Positions 28,166 to 37,318 of a stretch of 64,000 nucleotides of DNA are shown here, piece after piece (within the stretch, counting starts at the first letter, position 1; every line of letters starts with the position of its first letter). The notes beneath the pieces were generated by a model. That model searched no databases, was not told the DNA's origin, and saw nothing but the letters and a program-made list of their open reading frames with translations. Source of the DNA: Patescibacteria group bacterium (lineage in GTDB: Bacteria; Patescibacteriota; Patescibacteriia; UBA1558; GWA2-36-10); the NCBI GenBank assembly GCA_028718865.1, contig JAQUKX010000002.1, positions 8,047 through 72,046 on the forward strand, given 5' to 3'. The position numbers were made by a program, and so were the translations under genes.

Positions 28166-28209
28166 CTATAATATTTACCTTATTTTGTCAATAGTAGAAG
28201 CCTAATTAC

Positions 28210-29637
28210 TTATTTTTTGATTGCTATTCCTAGCTCATCCAATTGCTTTTTATCCACAGAAGCTGGAGAATCAAGTAATGGATCACGACCATCAGAAGTA
28301 AGAGGAAAAGCAGTTACTTCCCGCAGATTTTTTTCTCCCAAAAGAACCATCAAGAGCCTTTCTAGTCCTGGGGCAATGCCACCATGAGGCGGAACGCCAT
28401 ATTTAAAAGCTTCAAAATAATGCTTAAACTGATCTTTTTGCTTGTCGCTAAAACCAATCAAATTCCAGACTTTCTCCTGAATTTTCATCTCATGGATTCT
28501 AATTGCTCCCCCGCCTACTTCAAAACCGTTTAAAACCAAATCATGCTGATATGATTTTACTTTGCCTGGATCGCTGTCAAGAAGCGTAATATCCTCTTCT
28601 TTGGGAGCAGTAAACATATTGTGCGCCGGACCCCAAATATCGCCAGCACCGACAAACCTATCCTCATCAGTTTGAGGCATAAACAAAGGAAAATTAAGCA
28701 CCCAAGCAAAAGCCAGCTCATTTTTATCGTTCTTGTCTTTTCTCAAATCCGGCTTATCAGTTTTGTATTTAGCCATTACCTGATCATAATCAAGCCGTGG
28801 CCAAGGATCAAAAGTGATTTTCTTTTGAGGAAAAAGCTCTTTGACCATACTTGTAAACATTTTTTCTACCAAATTCAAAATATCCTCTTGTTTGACAAAA
28901 GACATTTCCATATCCAGCTGATAAAACTCGCCTGGAGAGCGGTCAGCTCGGGCATCTTCATCTCGAAAACAAGGAGCTATCTGAAAATATTTTTCCATGC
29001 CCGCTACCATTAGGAGCTGTTTGTACTGCTGAGGCGCTTGAGGCAGGGCAAAAAACTTACCCGGATGCAGACGAGAAGGCACTAGATAATCCCTAGCCCC
29101 TTCGGGAGTAGATTTGGAAAGTATAGGTGTCTGAATTTCTACAAAATCATTTTTGGTCAGCCAATTTCTTAAATAAGCAAAAACTTTGTGTCTAGCTAAT
29201 AGATTGTTTTTCATTCTTTGATGGCGCAAATCCAAATAGCGATATTTGAGTCTCAGCTCTTCATTGGCTTGACGATCTTCATTTTCAATCTCAAAAGGCG
29301 GAGTTTCCGCTTGAGATAAAATGCTGATTTTTTTGGCCAAAATCTCTACTGAACCAGTCGGCAAATCAGGATTTATTTGCTTGCCTCCCCTTTTTTGCAC
29401 CTCACCTTCTATAGCCAGCACAAATTCAGGACGAATTTCTTTTATCAGTTCCAAATCTGTCTCTTTCAGTTCCTGAGGAACTATCACCACCTGTGCCAAG
29501 CCCCAACGGTCTCTGAGATCCAAAAAGATAATTTTACCCATATTTCGACGGGCATTGACCCAGCCTTGGAGTAAAACTGGCTGACCAACCTGACTGACTG
29601 TTTCTATTGTTTTTGTTCTATTCATATAATTTTTCAT
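28210..29637 (-). CDS. aspS: aspartyl-tRNA synthetase (short, non-GAD form)
   Basis: N-terminal OB fold, QLDMEMSF, class II motifs ending GGIAPGLERLLMVLLG..REVTAFP. Best match is the AspRS pattern, not LysRS. Confidence 0.85.
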   Translation of the reverse strand: MKNYMNRTKTIETVSQVGQPVLLQGWVNARRNMGKIIFLDLRDRWGLAQVVIVPQELKETDLELIKEIRPEFVLAIEGEVQKRGGKQINPDLPTGSVEILAKKISILSQAETPPFEIENEDRQANEELRLKYRYLDLRHQRMKNNLLARHKVFAYLRNWLTKNDFVEIQTPILSKSTPEGARDYLVPSRLHPGKFFALPQAPQQYKQLLMVAGMEKYFQIAPCFRDEDARADRSPGEFYQLDMEMSFVKQEDILNLVEKMFTSMVKELFPQKKITFDPWPRLDYDQVMAKYKTDKPDLRKDKNDKNELAFAWVLNFPLFMPQTDEDRFVGAGDIWGPAHNMFTAPKEEDITLLDSDPGKVKSYQHDLVLNGFEVGGGAIRIHEMKIQEKVWNLIGFSDKQKDQFKHYFEAFKYGVPPHGGIAPGLERLLMVLLGEKNLREVTAFPLTSDGRDPLLDSPASVDKKQLDELGIAIKK

Positions 29638-29706
29638 GCTGAATATATTTCAGCGTCTCGTTAATTTTATACTAGATTCTGAAACAAGTTCAGAATGGCA
29701 TGCTTG

Positions 29707-29819
29707 TGGAGCCGAGAACAGGAATTGAACCTGCGACCCGCGGTTTATCGACCGTAGGGAGACCCCGCTCTTTGGGCGGTTTACGATACCGCTGCTCCCC
29801 GCCTGCCTGCGCCTAGGTC
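29707..29819 (-). pseudogene. disrupted tRNA-Thr-like gene: intact T-arm/acceptor 3' half and CGT anticodon arm, but a 35-nt insertion and a displaced 5' end
   Basis: 3' part GCAGG-TTCAATT-CCTGT-TCTCGGC-T-CCA. Upstream GCGGT-ATCGTAA-ACCGC, then a 35-nt insert repeating AACCGC. The matching 5' acceptor GCCGAGA-TA-GC is about 270 nt away at about 29966-29976. Confidence 0.45.
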
Positions 29820-29895
29820 TGGAGCCGACTATCGGACTTGAACCGATCACCTACGGTTTACGATACCGTCGCTCTACCAGATGAGCTAAGTCGGC
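29820..29895 (-). tRNA. tRNA-Thr (anticodon CGT)
   Basis: GCCGACT acceptor, D-arm GCTC..GAGC, anticodon arm ACGGT-ATCGTAA-ACCGT, T-loop TTCAAGT, CCA encoded. Confidence 0.85.
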
Positions 29896-29997
29896 GCAAG
29901 GCCTAGGCGGGCAGGTACCAAACTGACCTCGCCCGACTCGCCTACGGCAAAGCCGTGGCGGGCGGGCTATCTCGGCAAAATCGCCTTCTTAAGAGAT

Positions 29998-31287
29998 TTA
30001 AGGCCTTAATCTATAAATAGTCCGAGGAAAAGGAATGGTTTCTCGGACATGCTCCAGCCCACAAACCCAACCTACTATCCTCTCCAGTCCAAAACCAAAT
30101 CCGCCATGTGGCACGCTACCGTATTTACGCAAATCCAAATACCATTCAAAATCCTTTTGGGGTAATTTATGTTCTTTTATTCTATCAAGCAAAACCTGAT
30201 AATCATCCTCACGTTGTGAACCGCCAATAATCTCTCCATAGCCTTCTGGTGCCAATAAGTCAGCACATTCTGCCAAATTCTGATCAGAGGCATTTCTTTT
30301 CATATAAAACGCCTTGATTTTGGCTGGATAATTGGTAATAAAAATCGGATTATCAAACTGTTTGGTGAGCATTGTCTCGTCATCTCCGCCCAAATCCTCA
30401 CCATCTTTGATGTCGCTACCTAAGGCTTGCAATTTTTTGATAGCCTCACTATGGTTCATCTTATAAAATGGCTTACTGATATTTTCCAAAGGCTTGATGT
30501 CGCGCTCCAAAATAGCTAATTCGTTTTGATTCTTTTCCAAAACCAACTTAATCATAAAACGAATCAACTCTTCCTGAATCTGCAAATTCTGCTCCAAATC
30601 AACAAAAGCCATTTCCGCGTCCATCATCCAAAACTCAGTCAAATGACGGCGAGTTTTGGATTTTTCCGCCCGAAACACTGGCCCAAAATCATAAACCCGA
30701 TTATGAGCAAAAATAGCTGCTTCTATATAAAGCTGTCCGCTCTGGGAAAGATAGGCCTTGGTATCAAAATAATCTATTTCAAAAAGCTCAGTCGTACCCT
30801 CGCAAGCACTAGGAGTAAGAATAGGCGAATCTATTTTGATAAAATTATTCTCATCCATATAGCGATAAGTAGCTTGAATAAGAGTATTTCTAATACGCTG
30901 AACAGCCCACTGACGGCTAGATCTCAACCAAAGATGCCTATTGTCCAACAAAAAATCCACTCCGTGCTCTTTTTTGCCTATGGGATATTCATCCGCTATT
31001 TGATAAAATTCAAAGTCCTTGACTTGAATTTCATATTCGTCTTTTTTGGGATGCTTACTGACCAATCCTCTTACTTTGACTGAGCTTTCCAAGCTTATTT
31101 TTTTACTCTCAGACGCTTTTTCAGCTGATAATTCGCTTTCATTGACAATCGCCTGCACAAAACCCGTACCGTCGCGTAAATGCCAAAAAGCAATCTTGCC
31201 CGAAGAACGATGATTGGCCACCCAGGCGCTTATTTCCACTTCTTGGCCAACAAATTTAGCTATATCTTTAATAAAAATTTTCTCCAT
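29998..31287 (-). CDS. asnS: asparaginyl-tRNA synthetase
   Basis: YDFGPVFRAEKSKTRRHLTEFWMMDAEMAF and GEIIGGSQRE...HGGFGFGLERIV align closely with the AsnRS pattern. Confidence 0.85.
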   Translation of the reverse strand: MEKIFIKDIAKFVGQEVEISAWVANHRSSGKIAFWHLRDGTGFVQAIVNESELSAEKASESKKISLESSVKVRGLVSKHPKKDEYEIQVKDFEFYQIADEYPIGKKEHGVDFLLDNRHLWLRSSRQWAVQRIRNTLIQATYRYMDENNFIKIDSPILTPSACEGTTELFEIDYFDTKAYLSQSGQLYIEAAIFAHNRVYDFGPVFRAEKSKTRRHLTEFWMMDAEMAFVDLEQNLQIQEELIRFMIKLVLEKNQNELAILERDIKPLENISKPFYKMNHSEAIKKLQALGSDIKDGEDLGGDDETMLTKQFDNPIFITNYPAKIKAFYMKRNASDQNLAECADLLAPEGYGEIIGGSQREDDYQVLLDRIKEHKLPQKDFEWYLDLRKYGSVPHGGFGFGLERIVGWVCGLEHVRETIPFPRTIYRLRP

Positions 31288-31465
31288 ATTGACTATAAAA
31301 AAATTAAGATAAATAAATAATAACTAAATTAAGGATATTTTACAAGTGCCAATTTGACTAAAAATTGACAAAATGTTTTAATCAAGACACCCCACGCTCT
31401 GCTATCTGCCTCTGGTGGACTTATGTCCATCTTTGGCGGATGACGGACAAACAAGGAGGCCAGCA

Positions 31466-31708
31466 ATGGTTCTCAACCTGCTTGACAGCCTGAGGAGTCT
31501 GGGGCTGGAAAAAAGTCTGGTTCTTTCCATCGTCCAGCAACTCCACGATCACGGTCGGTCAGAAATCTGTCTGCCCGACACCCAGCTTCCCGAACCGCTT
31601 CTGAGCGGTCGGGACTGTCCATTAGGAAACGGATTCCTCATCCGCGTCCTAGAGTCTGCGCCGCCGCGCAACGGCTATACAACCATCGAGGTTGTTGACG
31701 CTTCCTAA
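31466..31708 (+). CDS. small hypothetical protein (80 aa) in a GC-rich islet
   Basis: ATG preceded by AAGGAGG with a 6-nt spacer. In frame with the longer GTG-initiated ORF 31415..31708. Hairpin plus T-tract terminator directly after. Confidence 0.55.
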   Translation: MVLNLLDSLRSLGLEKSLVLSIVQQLHDHGRSEICLPDTQLPEPLLSGRDCPLGNGFLIRVLESAPPRNGYTTIEVVDAS

Positions 31709-31740
31709 GGAAAGGAAGTAGCTATGGCTAGAAAGCCAAA

Positions 31741-31790
31741 AGCCCATCCCTAAACGAATCTGTAAAAGGATGGGCTTTTCTTTATTTGAA
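31741..31790. terminator. hairpin (agcccatcc/ggatgggct) + T-tract, bidirectional between the small ORF and the RND gene
   Basis: Stem-loop followed by tttctttatttg. A 9-codon ORF (MARKPKAHP) with AAGGAAG SD overlaps the 5' stem arm. Confidence 0.6.
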
Positions 31791-31795
31791 AAATA

Positions 31796-34700
31796 TTATT
31801 TTTTCCGCCTATCTACCAAAGCAACAAAAAGCATCGGAACTACAAATAATTGAACAACACTGGCAAAAGCCAAGCCGAAAATAATAGCTATAGACAAACC
31901 AAGCCAAAATTCACTAGCAAAAGCCAAAGGCATAATGCCAAAAATAGTAGTAATAGTAGTCAAAAATATCGGTTGCAAGCGCGTATCTCCGGCATCGGCT
32001 ATAGCTTGGCTAGCGGACATTCCTTTTTCTTCCATATTCCGATTGGCTTTATCCATCAGTACTATAGCGTTATTGACACCTATGCCGGTCAAAGAAACTA
32101 GTCCCAAAAATACCATAAAACTAAAAGGCAAATTGAAAACTGCCATTCCCACCACTACACCGATCAACATCAAAGGCAGGGACATAAAAATAATCAAAGG
32201 CTTGATAAAAGAATTGAACTCCAAAACCAAAATAATCAAGATGAGCAAAACCGCCAAAATCATGGCATTCCACAACTCGGAAAAAGACTGTTCTATATCC
32301 TCCATTTCTCCGCCAAAACTGATTTCATAACCATCTGGCGGCAATCCCCGCTCTTTTATCTTTTCTTCTATTTCCACAATTGCTCGGCTGGAAACATAAC
32401 CAGGAGCCATATCCGCACTGATATTTATTGCTCTAGAAAAATCATAATGCCTGATAGTAGTCAAAGCCGGCTCCAGAGAAAAATCAGCTAAATAAGCTAG
32501 CTTTACTTCTTGACCAAAATTATTTATCAGGGAAAGATTTTTTATTTCTTCCAAAGAAGAAATTTTATTTTTATCAACCCTGACCACTACGTCTATTTCG
32601 TCCCCATCTTGCGATATTGCCGTGGCTTTGACGCCAAAAATAGCCAAACGCAAAGAGCTGGCCACTTCGCTGACGCTGAATCCGGCCTGAGCAATAGCGT
32701 TTCTATTGAGCCGAAAACTCAAATCAGCCGGACCAACATCTTGATTGCTACTGATATTGACCAGGCCATCAATACTGGACAAAATATTTTTTACTTCATT
32801 TGTCAAACTATCCAAAACCAATAGATCGTCGCCTTTTATTCTCATTTCTACGGCTGCTCCGGTCGGAGGCCCGGCACTTAGTTCTTGAACAGAGATATCA
32901 CCACGATTGATTTTTTCCAAATCTTTTCTGATAGCCTCAACGATATCGTAGCTTTTTCTTTTTCTCTGGCTTTTATCGACAAAATTGACCGAAACACTGG
33001 CGACATTATTGCCGGCGCTACCGGGATCAAAAGAGCCGATACTGGAAGACTGGCCGACTGTACTGACAAAATTCTTTATTTCTGGATAGTCATAAAGCGC
33101 CGCTTCCACCTCGGTCAAAACTTCTTCCGTGTTTTTCAAATTGGTTCCCACTGGCATTTTTATATCTATATAGACAAAATCCATGTCTATTTTGGGGAAA
33201 AGTTGTACTGGTATAATACCCAAAACTAAAACCCCCAAAGAAGCTATAAATAAAACTGAAATTACCAAAGAGAATTTTACTCGAGCCTTTTTATCAGCCA
33301 AAAAAGAAACTATTTTCACTCTGTACCAAGCCCGAAGACGGTTAGTAAGATGTCTTTCCAAAACACTTTCTTTTTTCTCTTGGACAAACTTGCTCTTTCT
33401 CAAAAACACAGAGGCAAAAGAAGGCACTAGCGCCAAAGAAACAAACAAAGAGGCTGTCAGCACCACGCCAATAGTAATGGGGAAAATTTTCAGATACTCG
33501 CCCAAAATACCGCTTACCAAAAGCATGGGGAAAAAAGCGGCAATCGTGGTCAAAACTCCCGAAGTAACTGGACCGGCATAATTGGCCACTGACAAAAGAG
33601 AAGCTCGCAAGGAAGAATAGCCCAATCGGATATTATGAAAAATTCCTTCTAAGATAACAATAAAAGTATCTACCAAAAGACCCAAGGAAAGCACTAGAGC
33701 ATACAAAGACATGCTATTTAAGGTATAACCGGAAAAATACAAAACAATAAAAGTAATCAACAAAGTCAGAGGTATAGACACCAAAGCGATCAAAGCTTCT
33801 TTGAAGCTAAGAGCAATGAACATAACGGCAAAAATCAAAAAAGTAGCTTGCAAGCCGCTGCTGCCCAAAGTATTTAAGTCTTCACGGATAAAAGATGAAT
33901 AATCATTATTTATTTCTACCTTGACATTGGCCGGTATTACCCTGTCCGTCTGCAATTTATCTATCCGGTCTTTGGCGGCATCGACGATATTGAGAATATT
34001 GCCGCCGCTTTTTTTGAAAATCTGCAAAGAAATATTATTTTCTGCTGGCTGACCATCTATGGAAATTCGAGAAATATTTTCTTGCTCCACAAACTCTTCG
34101 CTTATTCTGGCAATATCTCCCAGCAAAATAGGTTGATTACCGGCTAGCGATACTACTACTTGACTCAACTCAGCTACTGAAGACAATCTTCCTAAAGCGC
34201 GAATATTATAATTAAGACCGTCTATTTCCAGCTCACCCAAAGGTAAGTCCATATCCGAAGCCCGAATCGCTCCCAAAACAGCTGACAAAGAAATATCTAG
34301 CCGAGACAAGGCCACCTTATCCACCAAAACCACAATCTCCCTATCGCGAGTTCCCAACAACGGCGCTTTGGAAACTCCAGATATTGCCTCTAGCTCCCTT
34401 TGCACTATCTTGCCCAGTTGCCTAAACTGGCTTTCTGTCAAAGTCCCGGACAAAGAAAAAGTAATAATAGGGTAGTCATTGGCTCTTATCTGAGTGACAA
34501 CAGGATTTTCCGCTTCTGTTGGCAGATCAGCCAATTCCCCTACTTTATCTTTCAGCTCCCTGATGCTGGCATCCAAATCCGCTTCAGCCGCAAACTCCAC
34601 TACTATTGAAGACAGGCTGTTTCTAGAAGAAGAAGTTATCAGTTTGACATTTTCCAACTCCTCCAGCTTCTTTTCTATCTTGTCAGTCAAAAGACTCTCT

Positions 34701-34954
34701 ACATCCGCTGGGCTGGCGCCGGGATAAAAAGTACTGACTATGGCAATGGGAATTTTTACTTCTGGATCTGATTCTCTGGGAATATTAACCAAAGCAATAG
34801 CCCCCAAAATCAAAATGGAAGCTATCACCAATATTACTATTCTAAAATGAGTAATAAAATAACCCAGCAGATTTCCTCTGGTTTTTTCTATGGCTTTTTC
34901 CGCAAAAATATTATCCAACTCGGATTGATTAGAATTTATATTTTTATCGTCCAT
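31796..34954 (-). CDS. RND efflux permease (AcrB/HAE family)
   Basis: 1052 aa, 12-TM RND architecture with two large periplasmic loops. Confidence 0.85.
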   Translation of the reverse strand: MDDKNINSNQSELDNIFAEKAIEKTRGNLLGYFITHFRIVILVIASILILGAIALVNIPRESDPEVKIPIAIVSTFYPGASPADVESLLTDKIEKKLEELENVKLITSSSRNSLSSIVVEFAAEADLDASIRELKDKVGELADLPTEAENPVVTQIRANDYPIITFSLSGTLTESQFRQLGKIVQRELEAISGVSKAPLLGTRDREIVVLVDKVALSRLDISLSAVLGAIRASDMDLPLGELEIDGLNYNIRALGRLSSVAELSQVVVSLAGNQPILLGDIARISEEFVEQENISRISIDGQPAENNISLQIFKKSGGNILNIVDAAKDRIDKLQTDRVIPANVKVEINNDYSSFIREDLNTLGSSGLQATFLIFAVMFIALSFKEALIALVSIPLTLLITFIVLYFSGYTLNSMSLYALVLSLGLLVDTFIVILEGIFHNIRLGYSSLRASLLSVANYAGPVTSGVLTTIAAFFPMLLVSGILGEYLKIFPITIGVVLTASLFVSLALVPSFASVFLRKSKFVQEKKESVLERHLTNRLRAWYRVKIVSFLADKKARVKFSLVISVLFIASLGVLVLGIIPVQLFPKIDMDFVYIDIKMPVGTNLKNTEEVLTEVEAALYDYPEIKNFVSTVGQSSSIGSFDPGSAGNNVASVSVNFVDKSQRKRKSYDIVEAIRKDLEKINRGDISVQELSAGPPTGAAVEMRIKGDDLLVLDSLTNEVKNILSSIDGLVNISSNQDVGPADLSFRLNRNAIAQAGFSVSEVASSLRLAIFGVKATAISQDGDEIDVVVRVDKNKISSLEEIKNLSLINNFGQEVKLAYLADFSLEPALTTIRHYDFSRAINISADMAPGYVSSRAIVEIEEKIKERGLPPDGYEISFGGEMEDIEQSFSELWNAMILAVLLILIILVLEFNSFIKPLIIFMSLPLMLIGVVVGMAVFNLPFSFMVFLGLVSLTGIGVNNAIVLMDKANRNMEEKGMSASQAIADAGDTRLQPIFLTTITTIFGIMPLAFASEFWLGLSIAIIFGLAFASVVQLFVVPMLFVALVDRRKK

Positions 34955-34961
34955 AACAAAT

Positions 34962-36644
34962 TTAATTCAAAACTTCCACTTCATCGCCAGCGGAAATAAA
35001 CACTCCATCTAAAAGAATCAAACGGTCATTTTGGTCAAGGCCGCTGACAATAGAAACTTTATCTCCATAAACTTCGCCCAAAACCACTCGCCTTTGTTCG
35101 ACTTTTTCTCTCTCGCCTATCACAAAAACATAATTACCAGAAGCTTCGACATTGACCGACTTCAAAGGCACAATAATAGCATCTATATCCTGATAAAGAA
35201 GATTTAATTCCACTTCTGCTATACTGCCGGCCGATAAATTTCCCGCCTCTTGGCTTTGCGCTTTGACGCTTACTTTACCGCTACGCAAGTCGCCACTTGG
35301 TTGAATTTCGCTTATCAGGCCTCGATAAAGTCCGTTTATTAGCACTTCCTGATTTATGGACAAAGCTTGTGCCAAAGCAGCGTCTAGATAAAAATTTATC
35401 TCCACTATAGTCAAATCTCCCAATTCTAAAATTTCTCTGCCTGGGCTTATCTGCTCGCCTTCCCTGACATAATGAGACAAAATAGTGCCGGAAAAAGGAG
35501 AAGGCAGACTAAGATTACGATATTGATAAGCCGCTTGATCAAACTGACTGCGAACCATATTCAATTCCAGTTCGACTCCTTCGCGGACACTCAAAAGCGC
35601 CAATTCGCTGTTGCCATAATCTATTTCCGCCAAATCAAGCTGTCCTTGCAGCTGATCAGCTGATAAAAGACGGCTGCTTTGAGCATTGGCAATAGCGTTG
35701 CTAGAGCCAATGATCGCTGCCACGTGTTGATTTATTTCTATTTGAAGACCAGTGACAATAGCTTGTTCGGCAACGATTCTATATTCACTATAAGCATCAT
35801 GGGCGGAATTCTGTAAAAGCAATACGGTACTATCCAGCAATTTCTTCATATCCAGCAAGGCTGCCTGCATCTTTTCTAAATCACTATTGATGCTTCTCTG
35901 ACTGGCCAGAGGCTCAAGCACAACAAAAGAATCTACGGCCTTGGGAAAAAGAGCAATGGTCTGGATCTTAAAAGCCGAATTAATAGCATTGATATCTTTG
36001 AAATAATAAAATTCTTCTTTATTGCTCCTATATTTATCATATTGCACATTGCCTATGGACAAAAAAGAAAGCGCTTGATTCAAACTGTTATAAGCCGAGT
36101 TGTAAGCCACCAAAGCGCTATCTTCAGATGTCTTAACCGCCTGATCAGCCTGAATCGATGAATTTTGACGCTGACTTCTGGCCAAGTCTAGTCTGGATTT
36201 AGCGCTGTTTAGAGCCAATTCGGCCTGCCTGATGCGCTGCTGACCTATCATTTCTGTCTGGCGCAAAGACTGACTGGCATTGAAATAGGCGCTTTCTATC
36301 CCTGAATCAGAAATAAAAAATAAAGGATCACCAGTTCTTACTGTCTGCCCCACCGGTACCAAAAATTGAATCGTACCCGGTGTCAGGCTCCTAATAACAC
36401 TGTATTGCTTTGGCTCCACGCTACCGCTGGCCTTGAGCGAAACCGCTGCCTGGCTTTGTCTGGATATTTCTTGGACTTCCACTTTTTTTTTGGCAGAAGA
36501 CGCTTCTTCCTGTCCATTATTCTTACCGCAAGCCGAAAGGGTAATAAGGGCAAAAAACAAAAAAATAGCCAAAAAAAGACGATAAGTAAAAACTTTTTGC
36601 AACATAAAATAAAAATAAATTATTCTTGCCCCAAAGGGGTTCAA
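34962..36644 (-). CDS. RND/HlyD-family membrane fusion (periplasmic adaptor) protein
   Basis: N-terminal TM/lipobox region, long coiled-coil hairpin, C-terminal beta-barrel region. Adjacent to the RND pump. Confidence 0.7.
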   Translation of the reverse strand: MNPFGARIIYFYFMLQKVFTYRLFLAIFLFFALITLSACGKNNGQEEASSAKKKVEVQEISRQSQAAVSLKASGSVEPKQYSVIRSLTPGTIQFLVPVGQTVRTGDPLFFISDSGIESAYFNASQSLRQTEMIGQQRIRQAELALNSAKSRLDLARSQRQNSSIQADQAVKTSEDSALVAYNSAYNSLNQALSFLSIGNVQYDKYRSNKEEFYYFKDINAINSAFKIQTIALFPKAVDSFVVLEPLASQRSINSDLEKMQAALLDMKKLLDSTVLLLQNSAHDAYSEYRIVAEQAIVTGLQIEINQHVAAIIGSSNAIANAQSSRLLSADQLQGQLDLAEIDYGNSELALLSVREGVELELNMVRSQFDQAAYQYRNLSLPSPFSGTILSHYVREGEQISPGREILELGDLTIVEINFYLDAALAQALSINQEVLINGLYRGLISEIQPSGDLRSGKVSVKAQSQEAGNLSAGSIAEVELNLLYQDIDAIIVPLKSVNVEASGNYVFVIGEREKVEQRRVVLGEVYGDKVSIVSGLDQNDRLILLDGVFISAGDEVEVLN

Positions 36645-36746
36645 AGCTTGCGCAAATTACCACAAAACAGGTACTTTGTCAATTTTGCTGTTACCTTTAC
36701 CAAAAAAATGCGTTATAATATAGCGAGAAACAATTTTTGCAAAAAT

Positions 36747-37313
36747 ATGCCTGAAAAAGACCGGGAAATAGAGCTGATTAGAGCCTGCCAAACAGGCCAA
36801 AATGAAGCCTTTGGACAAATATACGATCTCTATTTTGAAAAGATATACCGCTTCATTTACTACAAAGTCAGCCACCGAGAAAGCGCGGAGGATTTGACAA
36901 GCCTGACATTTACCAAGGCTCTGCAAAATCTAAAAAAATTTAATACTGACCAAGGTTTGTTTTCTGCCTGGCTCTACAAAATAGCTAGAAACTCCATTAT
37001 TGATCACTACCGCTCAAATGCGCCTGTCTACGACCTAGAAGCCAGCTACGGACTACATTTAGAAGAAAATATTGAAGAACATATGGATCAGCAACAAGAA
37101 TTAGCCAGCATCAAAGAAAAATTGGAATTACTCAGTCCCGAGCAAAAAGAAATAGTTGTCATGCGAGTCTGGAACGAACTTTCCTACAAGGAAATTTCCC
37201 AGACTATCGGTAAATCGGAAAACAACTGCAAAGTGATCTTTTCCCGCGCTCTCAAACAACTCAAATCTTCTCTAGTCGTGTTAATTATTATTTTATCTTT
37301 ATTAACTCCCTAA
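36747..37313 (+). CDS. RNA polymerase ECF sigma factor (sigma-70 regions 2 and 4)
   Basis: Region 2 (FIYYKV...AEDLTSLTF) and region 4 HTH (LSYKEISQTIGKSENNCKV). The track start at 36366 is over-extended into the divergent gene; start placed at the in-frame ATG 36747. Confidence 0.85.
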   Translation: MPEKDREIELIRACQTGQNEAFGQIYDLYFEKIYRFIYYKVSHRESAEDLTSLTFTKALQNLKKFNTDQGLFSAWLYKIARNSIIDHYRSNAPVYDLEASYGLHLEENIEEHMDQQQELASIKEKLELLSPEQKEIVVMRVWNELSYKEISQTIGKSENNCKVIFSRALKQLKSSLVVLIIILSLLTP

Positions 37314-37318
37314 ATCAT

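Noticed and set aside
28210-29637. Lysyl-tRNA synthetase assignment for the 475-aa class II synthetase.
   Set aside because: QLDMEMSF and the C-terminal motif-3 region align with AspRS, not LysRS. The neighbouring 429-aa enzyme matches AsnRS.
29707-29976. Calling the split tRNA-Thr-like gene a functional intron-containing tRNA.
   Set aside because: The displaced 5' half would need a roughly 250-nt intervening sequence containing a whole tRNA, with no recognisable group I intron core. A disrupted or pseudo gene is more parsimonious.
36366-36746. Track start at 36366 for the ECF sigma factor.
   Set aside because: The extension has no sigma homology and overlaps the divergent fusion-protein gene. 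The conserved region 2 begins right after the ATG at 36747.
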